Assembly (NCBI RefSeq): GCF_000150275.1
Contig: NW_002060957.1
Span: forward strand, 1,166,445-1,230,444
DNA: 64,000 bases
Direction of reading: 5' to 3'
Source: Trichoplax adhaerens
Taxonomy: Eukaryota; Animalia; Placozoa
Positions 1-11,500 of the stretch are shown here, piece by piece (within the stretch, counting starts at the first letter, position 1; each line of letters opens with the position of its first letter). Both the position numbers and the translations under genes were made by a program. The notes under the pieces are model-generated. The model was not told the origin of the DNA and ran no database searches. It was given only the letters and a program-made list of their open reading frames with translations.

Positions 1-197
1 GCAACAATTTTACCAATAAATTCATGACCAGGAGCTTTTCCTGCAGGGCAGAAAAAGTCAGTATGGCAAACACTACAGCATTCTATATTCATCAAGACAT
101 CAAGAGGCTGTAATTGTGGAACATCAATTTGTGCCTTGCGAAAAGTTTGCTTTGACGCATCATCAACAAAGTAAGCCTCGATTTGTTTGGGAATCAT
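1..197 (-). CDS. Zn-dependent alcohol dehydrogenase (MDR, CAD-like), paralog A, 5' part only (continues off the left edge)
   Basis: Reverse strand from ATG at 197 reads MIPKQIEAYFVDDASKQTFRKAQIDVPQLQPLDVLMNIECCSVCHTDFFCPAGKAPGHEFIGKIV, nearly identical to the N-terminus of 3012..4025, with the frame intact. Confidence 0.9.
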   Translation of the reverse strand, partial: MIPKQIEAYFVDDASKQTFRKAQIDVPQLQPLDVLMNIECCSVCHTDFFCPAGKAPGHEFIGKIV

Positions 198-3011
198 AAT
201 GTACCACTGTAACTTAGGTGAAATTTGATCCGGTTACTTAATTAATTAATTGATATTTCACTTAATATATAGTTTTTATATTGATCGGCGTTATTCGTTT
301 TTTGCTAAGTCACGATTAGCCAGTCTTTTTCGTATGTGTTATGTAACAGTTACTGTATATCGTTATGTTATATACGAATTATATAGCATATATAACATAA
401 TACATATACGTATACAGTACAGTATTCGAGCATGCAGTATTTATCAGAAGCACATGATAGATAGCCATGACCTTTCCAGGGATTTTTTCGAAGTCCATGA
501 CCTTTCATATGTCTGACGTGACTACACCAATGCTTTTGTAGCCATTAAAATAAATTAATTAATTATGAATCGAAAGACTGTGACAGACGGACCTATAGCA
601 AATATTTTAAAATTAATTAATTTATACTGTAGTAGGCCCACGCTCTTTATAATTCGCGTGCTCGATTCAGTCTGTATGTACTCTTACTTCTACTTCACTA
701 GCAGCCATGGTAGAATGCACGCTCGTTATACTTCTCGTACTGTGTGACTTGTACCTGTAGTGTATTATAATTAGATATAACATACATAATATAACACAGT
801 ACTTAGTGACAGTACTAGTAAGTCTAAGGATATTCTCTGCCTCTATCTAAAGCAATACTCGTCCTATGAGAATTAGTTATCACTTTGCTTGAAAAATAAA
901 ATACTGCTGATTTGAAAGAGAATATAGGATCATTGCTCCCCGAGATGTTAACATTTTCCCGTTACTATTCCCTTCTGTCAGACAGATTACTTATTATTAT
1001 TTTTTAGTACCTGCTAAATTACAGTAAAGAACTAAAATTACATGAAATGGCCTTAAATACACAAGTTTGGTTCTATTTCCAGTAGATATACTATCAATTA
1101 GATTAAAATAAAAGTTGCAATAGAACACGACTCGATGTACCACTGTAATTCGACAAGTAATGAATCAAGATAGGCATATAAGAGTACTTGTTGGCAAGCT
1201 TGCCAATATCGCTGTATAAACACGATTAATCAATACAAACCTACATTACATATACATCTAAGAGCGAAATAGGCCAAATGAGATTTATGACAGTGTTGTA
1301 ATATGCATACGTGATCTACGATAGGTATTATTACAGATAATGATATCTTGTTTTTAATTGATATTATTAGATAATTAATACTAAGGAAATAATTCATAGA
1401 ACAATAATTTTGGAAGTAGATGACTAATAGCGCACGAAAATTGTAATCAATCAATCCTATTTTGAAGTTGCTACAGTCTATTACTAGTCGATAAAATTAG
1501 CAAACACTCCTATGAATAGCTAATGCAAACTAGAAAACAGGCTTTTATTTCCGACATGATGCTCATCTTCAATTGTAATTTCAGTAATGATAATATAAAA
1601 TTCTTTATACGTAGAATCTACACTAAAAAGTGAGTTTACTCTGATACATAGAAAGGAAAAAGTACAATTATACAGTAGACTACACGGGTATTACGAGTGA
1701 TCGATCTACCAGTACGTTATTTTAAAATCTTATATAGTATGTAAGATTGCTATATAATTGAACGGTTGTAAATAAAGCTGTTTATCATGCATGAACCTAC
1801 TCGTACGAAAAGCTCGATAATAATTCTAGAGTTTATTAAATAATACATAAAGTAGGTATGATTAAGTAGGTTTAATTTTGGATGCTAGGCCATTTATTAG
1901 GAGTTAAAATTATTAAGTAATATCCATCCGAGAATGAAAATTACAAGCAACTAAATCAATATAAATATGATTTATCCAAAATGGATAATTTTAATGGTGG
2001 TCATATTCGCCAGCCGGGCAATACCGATCAATAGCTGTACAAATAGACAAATAAACAACTTCCAACGGTTTACAAGAGATGCACTTCCATTGGAATTGTT
2101 GTAGTTTTTAAATTAAATAAGGTACACTTGATTTCTCAACATCTACATATTCTTACAGAAGCTAAAAATAGTGCTTGTTCATGTATACGAGGTATATCGT
2201 ACCGCAAAGCCGACCCAACAAGGCAGGCATCAGTATATGTTATGTGAAGCAAGGAAGGTTCTAAATTGAGTACAGTACCAGCTACCGTAGTAGCTATATC
2301 ATAGATTAAAATACAGATCATTAATTAGCTTACTTTTAATAATTAATTATTTAAGGTATAAACTGATTCCAGGATTGATAAGGATTTATTTGTCAGCAAA
2401 TACTCGGTATTCCCTATTACATCGACTGATTGTATAACTCTGATTAATATTGAATTTAATGCTCAAAGGATGTCGTATCTTCACGCCAGTAAGACTTTTA
2501 TTATAATTATTGCAAAAGTCGTAATACAGTATAGAGTATACAACTCTTAATAACTTCCAGTAGTCGCGATAATAAAACGGCTAATTTAATACTTTGGCTT
2601 CATATTCATCTTTCTTTAAACAAACGATCGAGTATCAAGTACATAGGTAGGCATAATACTAGAACAAGTAGTATCTAAACTTAATTTTTTCAAGATAATG
2701 AGCATGAATATCCAATTAAGGCAGTATTTATTATAACTAACCAATAAGAACTGATGGAAAATTTTCATTAGTCGATGTCATCTATTCTAGATGATTCGGA
2801 GTCAATGGTATCCTTTCACTTTGTAGAAACGGCAAGGATATGGTCCTAAGGCAAGAAATACACTTTATCTGACCAATTTTTGGATCAAACTATTTTCCAA
2901 ACTCACTATCTATTTATTACTTTTTCGGATAAATCGCTAAAATAGAGAATCTCTAATATCTAGTGTAACAATCGAATGGATTAAAAACGGACAGGCTTAA
3001 CCTCTACGAAA

Positions 3012-4025
3012 TTAATCCGATTTGAAATTAGAATTCGTCAACACAATACGGTAGCGAGCTAAATTTTGATCGATACGTTCGAATGCAGTGTGACAATGAT
3101 CCACATCCATAGGATAGATCTCTAATTGCGGCGAGATGTTATGCATGCCTGCAAAATTTAGCATCTTCTGCATCATTATTGGTGAACCAACAAGAGAACC
3201 AACAATGCTTCTTTCCGATCCGATTAATAATCCACCGTTCACTTGAAGGGGCTTACTTGCAATACCAACCACGACAAATTTACCTCGAGGTGCTAACAAA
3301 TTAATATAACTTTCGTAATCGAGGTTTGCACTAACGGTGTTGATGATCATGTCTAAAGGCTTTAATGACTTCAGCTGATCTGCGTCTTTCGTGACAACGA
3401 ACTCGTCAGCGCCGAATGCACGAGCTTCCTTTTCCTTGTTAGAACTAGTTGATAAAGCGACAACTCGACAACCCCAAGCTTTTGCAAATTTAATACCGAG
3501 ATGGCCAAGACCACCGACACCTAGAATGCCAACGCGGCTTCCAGGTTGAACATTATGATTAGCAAGAGGAGCATATACTGTAATTCCGGCACAAAGTAAA
3601 GGAGCTGCATCGGCGGATGACATTGTTTCGGGTATATCGTAAAGGAAACGAGAATCCCAAACGACGTAGTCAGCAAATCCACCAGTTACAGCGTTCCTAA
3701 AATTAGTCTTCTTGAGGCAAATATTTTGTTTACCATCATTGCAAACATTGCAATTTTGGCAAGAACCTAATTGCCAACCTCCACCAACACGTTGGCCTAC
3801 CTTGAGTTTTTCCACACTACTTCCGATTGCTACAATTTTACCAATAAATTCATGACCAGGAGCTTTTCCTGCAGGGCAGTAAAAGTCAGTATGGCAAACA
3901 CTACAGCATTCTATATTCATCAAGACATCAAGAGGCTGTAATTGTGGAACATCAATTTGACTCTTGCGAAAAGTTTGCTTTGATGCATCATCAATAACAT
4001 AAGCCTCGATTTGTTTGGGAATCAT
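3012..4025 (-). CDS. Zn-dependent, probably NADP(H)-dependent alcohol dehydrogenase / aldehyde reductase (CAD/YahK/Ahr-like), intronless, 337 aa
   Basis: Catalytic Zn ligands in CHTD and GHExxGxxxxxGxxV; structural Zn site CQNCNVC-x7-C; AAPLLCAGITVY; Rossmann motif GVGGLG; STSSNK motif typical of NADPH-using CADs; C-terminal ARYRIVL. Confidence 0.93.
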   Translation of the reverse strand: MIPKQIEAYVIDDASKQTFRKSQIDVPQLQPLDVLMNIECCSVCHTDFYCPAGKAPGHEFIGKIVAIGSSVEKLKVGQRVGGGWQLGSCQNCNVCNDGKQNICLKKTNFRNAVTGGFADYVVWDSRFLYDIPETMSSADAAPLLCAGITVYAPLANHNVQPGSRVGILGVGGLGHLGIKFAKAWGCRVVALSTSSNKEKEARAFGADEFVVTKDADQLKSLKPLDMIINTVSANLDYESYINLLAPRGKFVVVGIASKPLQVNGGLLIGSERSIVGSLVGSPIMMQKMLNFAGMHNISPQLEIYPMDVDHCHTAFERIDQNLARYRIVLTNSNFKSD

Positions 4026-5405
4026 ACTGAACTTTAGAAATAATAGAATTAGTTACGTTCACTTATTTAATTAATTATATATTTTCTTTGCTATTCAGTG
4101 TTAAAAATTGATCGACGTTTCTCGTTTTTTGCTAAGCCACGATTAGCCTTTTCTACTTCGCACTTACTGTATATGTTATATGAGAGTTATATAGTATGAG
4201 TATGTTTATCATCTGCATATGACATAGCCATAACCTTTGCACTCATGGAAATTGTGGATAAGTGATACAGTTATATAGTAAAAAGCATAAGTACTGTATA
4301 CTTGACTACATGTACATAGTACATTATACACTAGTCAGGCAGAGACTTGCAAGAGAATAATTATGGAGTGGGAGTCACCACTGTCCGGTGTAACAAATAT
4401 GGAGGCTATTATTATATGTCCTGTAGAGAATAATATTCTAAGAATTTGCTTGTAGACTACTGGGTAATACGTGCAATATTTGCATAACGCGAAGTATAAC
4501 TAGTGTGGAATCTACTAGTATTGTATAGCAGGTAATTAATTAATTATTTATTACTAGTAATCCCGCGTTAGTTATACTTTGTGTACTATATATAGCTTAT
4601 AGGAATGTTTACTTATACTTTATATCAGATATCAAAATAATTAAATTGAAGGACTGAGACGGACAGACCTATATACAGTAACCCATGTTATATTATACGT
4701 ACCGTACTAGGAGGCTATCTATACTTTTAAAAATGCAACGGAGTACTTGCGCTCCATTTTTCAAAAGGGATCTTATTTTATGTATTCTGCCAAACTTATT
4801 AAATGATACGAACTTAGTAATAATACTATTTTGTTTATATCCTAGTAGAAAGATACAAAATTTTAGCTTACTTTTCTTCTATTTTTTCGATTCGTATAAC
4901 TAAGAATGGAGGTCGTGATAAACTATATCCACTACACAAAATAGTAAAATATCACAATAAACTAAGAATTTATAGTATTTTCATACGTTCGCCTTTCCCT
5001 GACTGCCGTTCTTTAAACCTTAAAGTAAAGATAAAATTGCACCGTACTGGAAAATAAAGATCAGGAAGAATATTTTCAGTTGTTCAAATTTTGCAATCTA
5101 GTCATGAAGCAAGATCCAAAGTAATCAATGTGGCTTATAGACAAAATCAAATAAGTTATTAAGTTCTTTTCTATGTAAGATTAACGATGATTGCGCTACT
5201 TTGAGAGTGCTGATAATATCAAGCAGAAATCAAATTTCTTTGCCTCATGAAATTTAAAAATTGTTTATTTATCATTTCTACTTTTAGATAACTTACATGT
5301 TATTACAAAACTGAATTATCTATTGATACTAGTTAAATTATAGCAATAAAATAAAATTACCGCAAGATTGATTATATGCGGACCCTGCTAAGTATAATAG
5401 ATATA

Positions 5406-6259
5406 CTATTGTCCGAAGAATAAGAAATTGACTATAGATATGATGATCTTATTTCCAGACATGTTACGAGACAGCAAGTGTATTATTAACAAGTTATCCA
5501 ACAGTTGAACTTGACTATCGTTCTGATCAAGTATAAAAGTTAAAGATAAATAGTCACTCGCGCTAACATCTGAACCACAATTACGTCTTGCTTGTTGGAA
5601 AAGAACAGCCAAACACTGGACGCATCGAATAGATTCAATAACTTTGTTGCTCAAAATCTGTCTTATTTCATTTTCACCTTCATCGTAACATTGATATGAC
5701 TTGAAATTAACAATTTTATAACCAGGCCTAACGAATGGCATAAAATCGGCACTCTTGCCTAAGCATTGCCCTGTAAGAGCTTTGATGATGGAGGATTTAC
5801 CAGAATATTCTGGTCCAGTAAATATGATTTGTACAAAATCGTTCTTGTACGCGGCTAACGTTACCGCTTCATTATAAGCAGTAAAATATGGTTTATCCAA
5901 TAAATCTAGATGAGAGTTAAAAATATGACAGTTAGAGGTATTATTAGCCCGTGCAAAATTGGTAGAGTGCTTTCTAGATTTAAGTTTTCCAGATGATATT
6001 GAATCAGGAATGAAGTAATGTTCTTAATATCATCCTTGAATTATTCTATTTTAAAGACGATGTCGAATAGAAAAGGAGTTAAACAAGCAAGTCATCAAAC
6101 AGTACGCTACTGTACTCTGCTACATCATAGGTTATGCTAAAGAAATATTAGCAGATATCTATCATGAGTTCTGCAGTGGACATGGTCCTATAAATCAGTT
6201 TAATTTATCCATTTTCGCTTACCAATATCATCGTCAGAATTTGTTGTCATACCCTCCAT
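5406..6259 (-). CDS. Small P-loop NTPase/GTPase-like protein, probably 2 exons (6259-6223, 5905-5406)
   Basis: Walker A GPEYSGKS follows a hydrophobic strand (VQIIFTG). The acceptor ctcatctag ends at 5906 and a GTAAG donor starts at 6222. Both are phase 1, giving MEGMTTNSDDDI-D-LLDKPYF... Exon 1 and the 3' end are uncertain. Confidence 0.55.
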
Positions 6260-6691
6260 CTCTTAGAATTTCACTACACTTTGCAAACAGCGATGATAAT
6301 TCTGAAATCATTGCAAATCTCAGTAGCATCCAAATCAAGTCGACGGCAAGATCAGGTGATATCGTGCTCGAATGGCGAAGGAATTTCACGTCCATTTGCA
6401 ACCTCGAACATCGTTACCATGATGCAGCGATGAACTAGGTCAGATTGTCGGAGTCTAAAGCGAAGCTGGTATTGATTTCCGAGTTTTCAATAATTGCAGT
6501 TATTATTAGATAAAAATCGACATGTTATCAAGTTGAAGTCGCTGCCCTTCCATGTCATCGAGGAGTGGCGTTCTGCAGAAGTCAGAAGTATGATTGCCAT
6601 AGTAAAGAGCAAGGGCGCCGCTGGCGATGCATTTCACTGGTGTAATAATCTTAGTACTGCTTGATCGCGATAGGGCACTCATCAGATTTCG

Positions 6692-7237
6692 CTAACCATG
6701 TCTTAGTACAGAAGCGGTAGTCTGCTTAGGCTTACGACGATGTCGTCTACCGGCCAGCCCACCTTGCAATAATCTTCTCCTGATAGTCCTAGCACTTAGC
6801 TGCTTTCCCCATTCGTCCTCTACTTTCCTCTTGAGCTGACCACTTGTCAAGCACCGGTCGTTCTCCGCCATTTTGATCAAGGCGCGGTCTTCCTTGGACG
6901 TAGTCAGCTTTTTGCAGCCGTTTCTTGGTCTATCATACAGGCTGCCAGTTTCATCGAATCTGCGTAGTGTCCTACAAACGGTGCTTTTATTACAACCGAC
7001 CCGCACACCAATCTCTTCCATGGTGAGTCCTTCGTTGCGCAGTATAACCATTTCATAGCGCAACATATCCTTGGTGATTTCACCTCGGCCACCATTATTG
7101 TTGCTAGTCTTTCTAAATTGACTGTCTTCTTTACCATTATGGAATCGACTACTTCTATATCGACCACGACTACTACTACTAGTCGGCTTACTCCTATGAC
7201 TAAGGCGACTGCTCTGACGATTATGATTACTCGCCAT
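6692..7237 (-). CDS. Tc1/mariner transposase-derived bipartite (paired-like) HTH protein lacking the DDE domain, 181 aa
   Basis: GLTMEEIGVRVGCNKSTVCRTLRRFDETGSLYDRPRNG...TTSKEDRALIK...LSARTIRRRLLQGGLAGRRHRRKP matches the Tc1/Tc3 N-terminal DNA-binding region. The ORF ends where the catalytic domain would start, and has an R/S-rich N-terminal extension. Confidence 0.8.
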   Translation of the reverse strand: MASNHNRQSSRLSHRSKPTSSSSRGRYRSSRFHNGKEDSQFRKTSNNNGGRGEITKDMLRYEMVILRNEGLTMEEIGVRVGCNKSTVCRTLRRFDETGSLYDRPRNGCKKLTTSKEDRALIKMAENDRCLTSGQLKRKVEDEWGKQLSARTIRRRLLQGGLAGRRHRRKPKQTTASVLRHG

Positions 7238-7317
7238 TTTAGCGATGCTACAGTAATAGTAAAGAAGAATGAACCTGCAATAGGAAAGGTAGATAGTCTG
7301 ATACTATACAGCCTGAA

Positions 7318-7843
7318 ATATCAACATTCAGCAGATCGATCAGTACAGCAATAGTAAAGGTCTTGAAGTACAATATTATGCTTTGGCAGTCTTTCAGGCT
7401 TGACTTGGTTCAGTTATAAATATCAAAAAGGCAAAAGAAAAAGCTTGAGAAAAACTTGCAGAAGGAAATCAAACCATGTTTCAGCTCTCTGAGTTCTACA
7501 GTATCAACATTCAGTAGATCGATCAGTACAGCAATAGTAAAGGTCTTGAAGTACAATATTATGCTTTGGCAGTCTTTCAGGCTTGACTTGGTTCAGTTAT
7601 AATGATCAAAAAGGCTTGAGAAAAACTTGCTGAAGCAAATCAAACCATGTTTCAGCTCTCTGAGTTCTATAGTATCAAAATTCAGTAGATCGATCAGTAC
7701 AGCAATAGCAAAGGTCTTGAAGTACAATACTATACTTTGGCAGTCTTTCAGGCTTGACTTGGTTCAGTTATAATGATCAAAAAGGCTTGAGAAAAACTTG
7801 CTGAAGCAAATCCAGCCATCTTGCAGCCCTCGAAGTTCTACAG
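7318..7843. repeat. Three tandem copies of a ~171-184 bp unit
   Basis: The unit TATCAACATTCAGTAGATCGATCAGTACAGCAATAGTAAAGGTCTTGAAGTACAA...GAGTTCTACAG restarts at about 7319, 7502 and 7673 with high identity. Confidence 0.95.
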
Positions 7844-8362
7844 TACAGTCTGAGGTGCTGTACAATGTAAACACTGTATAGATGTACTGTACTGCAGAGG
7901 CACCCAAGCAGAAAGAGGAGGTGTGCAAATAAGATGGCATGACCGACGAGTGCATTGTACCGCGATATCAAGACTTGATACGCTATGTGTTTTACACATT
8001 TTGTGAAAGGTTGACTATAGACTAGCATGACCGAAAACACGAGTGCTGTTGCGGTCTGATGTTAGACGAGGTTGGTGGGGATGATCATCAGCTCAAAGCA
8101 TCGCCATATTTTTCTGACCTATGATCGTGGAATAATTCGTTGAGCGTGTAAGAATGAACTCTATAATACAGATCGTATAGTGCGATAGACTCAAGTTCTT
8201 GAAATCAGCCTGTTGAAGAACATGGGGCATGCACAAATGGCTTCCATGGCAGCGATCAACATGGCTAAAGTGGGTAGAGTTTTGTCCGACGGTCGCCATA
8301 GAGTCATGCTCATCTTGGACCAGGGATGGTCTCATCCAGTGCGCCTGCGTCAATGTCCTTAC

Positions 8363-8502
8363 CGAACTTCAGCAAGTTGCTTCTCCAAGAGGAAGAAGGC
8401 GGTAGTAAAATCTTTCCTATTTCCCATCATCACTCGTTGATAGTTGCCAATTGACCTTGAATTTACTTGATTATTTGACTATAACATCATCAACTTGTCG
8501 TT
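8363..8502. promoter_or_regulatory. Putative bidirectional promoter between the Tc1-HTH gene and OLA1
   Basis: A minus-strand GTAAG donor at 8362 (possible non-coding first exon) lies 140 nt from the OLA1 ATG. CCAAT at 8447-8451 and TGACCTTGA at 8452-8460. Confidence 0.4.
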
Positions 8503-11500
8503 ATGCCACCTAAGAAAAAGGAAGCTGAAAAACCATCGCCTTTACTAGGAAGATTTGGTACTTCACTCAAGTGTGGCATCGTTGGGTTGCCTAATGTTGG
8601 GTGAGTAGAGCCATGACGACGACAAGGATAGATTTTTAAGACCAATTTTGCAGGATAGATGACGAAGATCAATCTTGCCGGTCAAGACGACTGCAGAAGA
8701 AGTGAGATCGTCTTCTATTATCAATACAACCTATTCTTATGAGCCAACCAAATCGACTAGACTTTACCTAACGTACTGTAGATTACTTGCTAAATCATAA
8801 CTCATGGCGTCGTCAAAGTGACACAAGAATATGGCATCGACACCTTCACTAACTCTCGTCGCAGTCAACAGTGTTGCATAGTGCATGCATGTATGTATAG
8901 TCTAATCAATTCCAATACATATTGTTGCAAGGACTGTAACTAAAACTGCCTTGATCATCGTATCCTATAGATTATGTAGGTATGCTAGATTGGGCAATAT
9001 CATAACATCATAGCATTTGAATACGTAATAACTGCCTCCGAAGAATGATGCTCTTTATTCCACATTCATTTTCATCGACACCATGATGTGATCTAGGCAT
9101 TGTCATCACTTAACTCATCAATCTTGCAAGCGATCATATCATAGCCAGTGTTTCCTTCTACTGTATTGTAGTTGCAACAAGTTACTAGAATCCATTTTGA
9201 ATTAGTTGATATCGTCGTTATATCTTGGTTGGCCAACGTATAAGATAGTATATATTGGCTAAAAGGGAAGTAAAGGATTAGCACACATCTCCTCACTAGA
9301 CGGTATATCCAGTGTTTGATAAATGAATCAATCGTCATTGAGTTACGAAATGATTGTATCTTTTTAGGAAATCCACCTTCTTCAATGTATTAACAAAAAG
9401 CTCTGCAGCTGCTGAAAACTTTCCCTTCTGTACCATCGGTAATGAACGATTGGATAAATGACTGTTACCGTAATAGAATCTGATTTAAAATAGCCATTCC
9501 TCGCTAGCCTTGTAAAATGAAATGCTATCATTACTAAACTATTGTTACCTACTTAACTTTTATAGATCCTAATGAAAATAAGTATCCAATGAAAATTGCA
9601 AATTGCAATTGACAGTTGTTTTACAAACATCAATTGATCAACTTAACTTCCTATGTATTAAGCTCTGTACTAACATACATGCATCAATTTTTTCCTACCT
9701 TATACGTCGAGTACCTGTACCTGATGAACGATATGATTTTCTTGTGGATTCTTTCAAACCAGCAAGGTACCAATATTGATCTTTAGCAAGAAATGTGATA
9801 GTAATTTGCTTTTACTCGATACAATGTCATCAGTTGATGTAGTACATTATTCCACTATCATGTAGTAAGGTACCAGCGTATTTACATGTTACTGACATTG
9901 CTGGCTTAGTAGAAGGTGCTCATGAAGGCAAGGTAAGTTCTCAATATATTGGCTGCTCTAAATATCGAACGGATTAGATCTATTCTTGTATTCTCAACTT
10001 CATGGCCATCTCATCTCTACTTTAACTACCTCAAAGGGTCTCGGGAACGCTTTTTTATCACATATTAAAGCCTGTGATGCGATATTTCATGTCGTTCGTA
10101 AGTAACTAACATTAAACTGATATACTTCATGTTAGGGTACAAAATTCAGTGTCACACACACACAAAGTAACTCGACGAACACGCCAATGAAATCATACTA
10201 TCTAGTTTCGTTTATACAATGTCTTTGGCAGATTTCCATTGATATAAAAGCAAAATGACTTTCTGCATCATACGTTTCAGGTGCATTTGATGATGACGAT
10301 GTAACACATGTAGAAGGTGTAGTTAACCCTGTGCGCGACCTTGAGGTTATCCATGAAGAATTGCGATTAAAGGTAATGGGCGATGCTGTACGATCTTCTT
10401 AACATAAAACAGTTTGATGCTCATCAGATAATTTCATAATCTTTGTCCTATACTATTAAAGGACCAAGAATACCTTTACAGTAAAACGGTAAGCTTATCA
10501 AAGTATTATACAAGATACATTGAGCGTTCATTTTAATAACTCCATTAATCTCAATTTACCCTACTGATTAAAACTAATTATTGAACCTATAGAGTGCATT
10601 GGAAAAAACTGTTGTAAGGGGAAATGATAAGAAAGGAAGACCAGAATATGTAAGATTTGGGATAATTGTATTTTCATAATACTCTTGATAAAAAATGCCA
10701 CCTTTATTGACAATATTTTTTTAGTGTTGCTTCTAACTATCTATTTTTGACTGCCTCAATAGGATGCTTTAATGAAAATACAAGATGTTGTAGTAGATCA
10801 AAAGAAAGAGGTTCGATTCTGTGAATGGGGCACAAATGAGGTAGGCTTCCATTCTAAGGGCATCTACGATATATCACTTGATAGCAGCCCTCGAAATAAT
10901 ATTGTTTATTGTGCTTGCAATTATATCATTACTGCCTTTTAGGCAGTGTAGTAGCATAAGAATGGTAGAAACAAGTAGTTAAATTTTGCTGTCTTACATA
11001 AATACTTTTCAATAAATAAATCAAAACATAAATTATTGATCTACTTTTTACTTGTACACGTATATTCACAGATTGAAGTCCTTAATAGACACTTGTTGCT
11101 AACTGCAAAGCCAGTTATTTATTTGGTCAATCTCTCTGAAAGAGATTACTTGAGGAAAAAAAATAAATGGTATGGCTTATTAATACTTCCATAGTAGCAT
11201 ATCAAATCGTATTATACAGTATTATACGTGGTATACCAGCTTCTTTTAGTCCTATTTTTATAACATATTGCTTAGGCTCTGTACATTGTTAGCATAAGTT
11301 ATTTAAATCCTCGCGCGTTAACAATAGGTTGTTGAAAATTAAAGAATGGATCGTTTCGCGGGAGCCCAATCCGACTATAATTCCGTTTAGCGGTGCCTTT
11401 GAAAGCAAGGTACGTATTTAAAAATTATATACATATTTTACTTGCTGATACGTCAATATTACAATTATCAAATCACTGCGGAAGTTTTTTTATTTTCATT

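Noticed and set aside
6400-8100. Autonomous Tc1/mariner element
   Set aside because: No DDE domain and no terminal inverted repeats were seen; the nearby repeats are direct.
9582-9711. GT-AG (U12-like GTATCC) alternative for OLA1 intron 3
   Set aside because: Using GT at 9582 with the AG at 9710-9711 shifts the frame and destroys SRVPVPD. GTATCCAA also lacks the U12 CCTT consensus.
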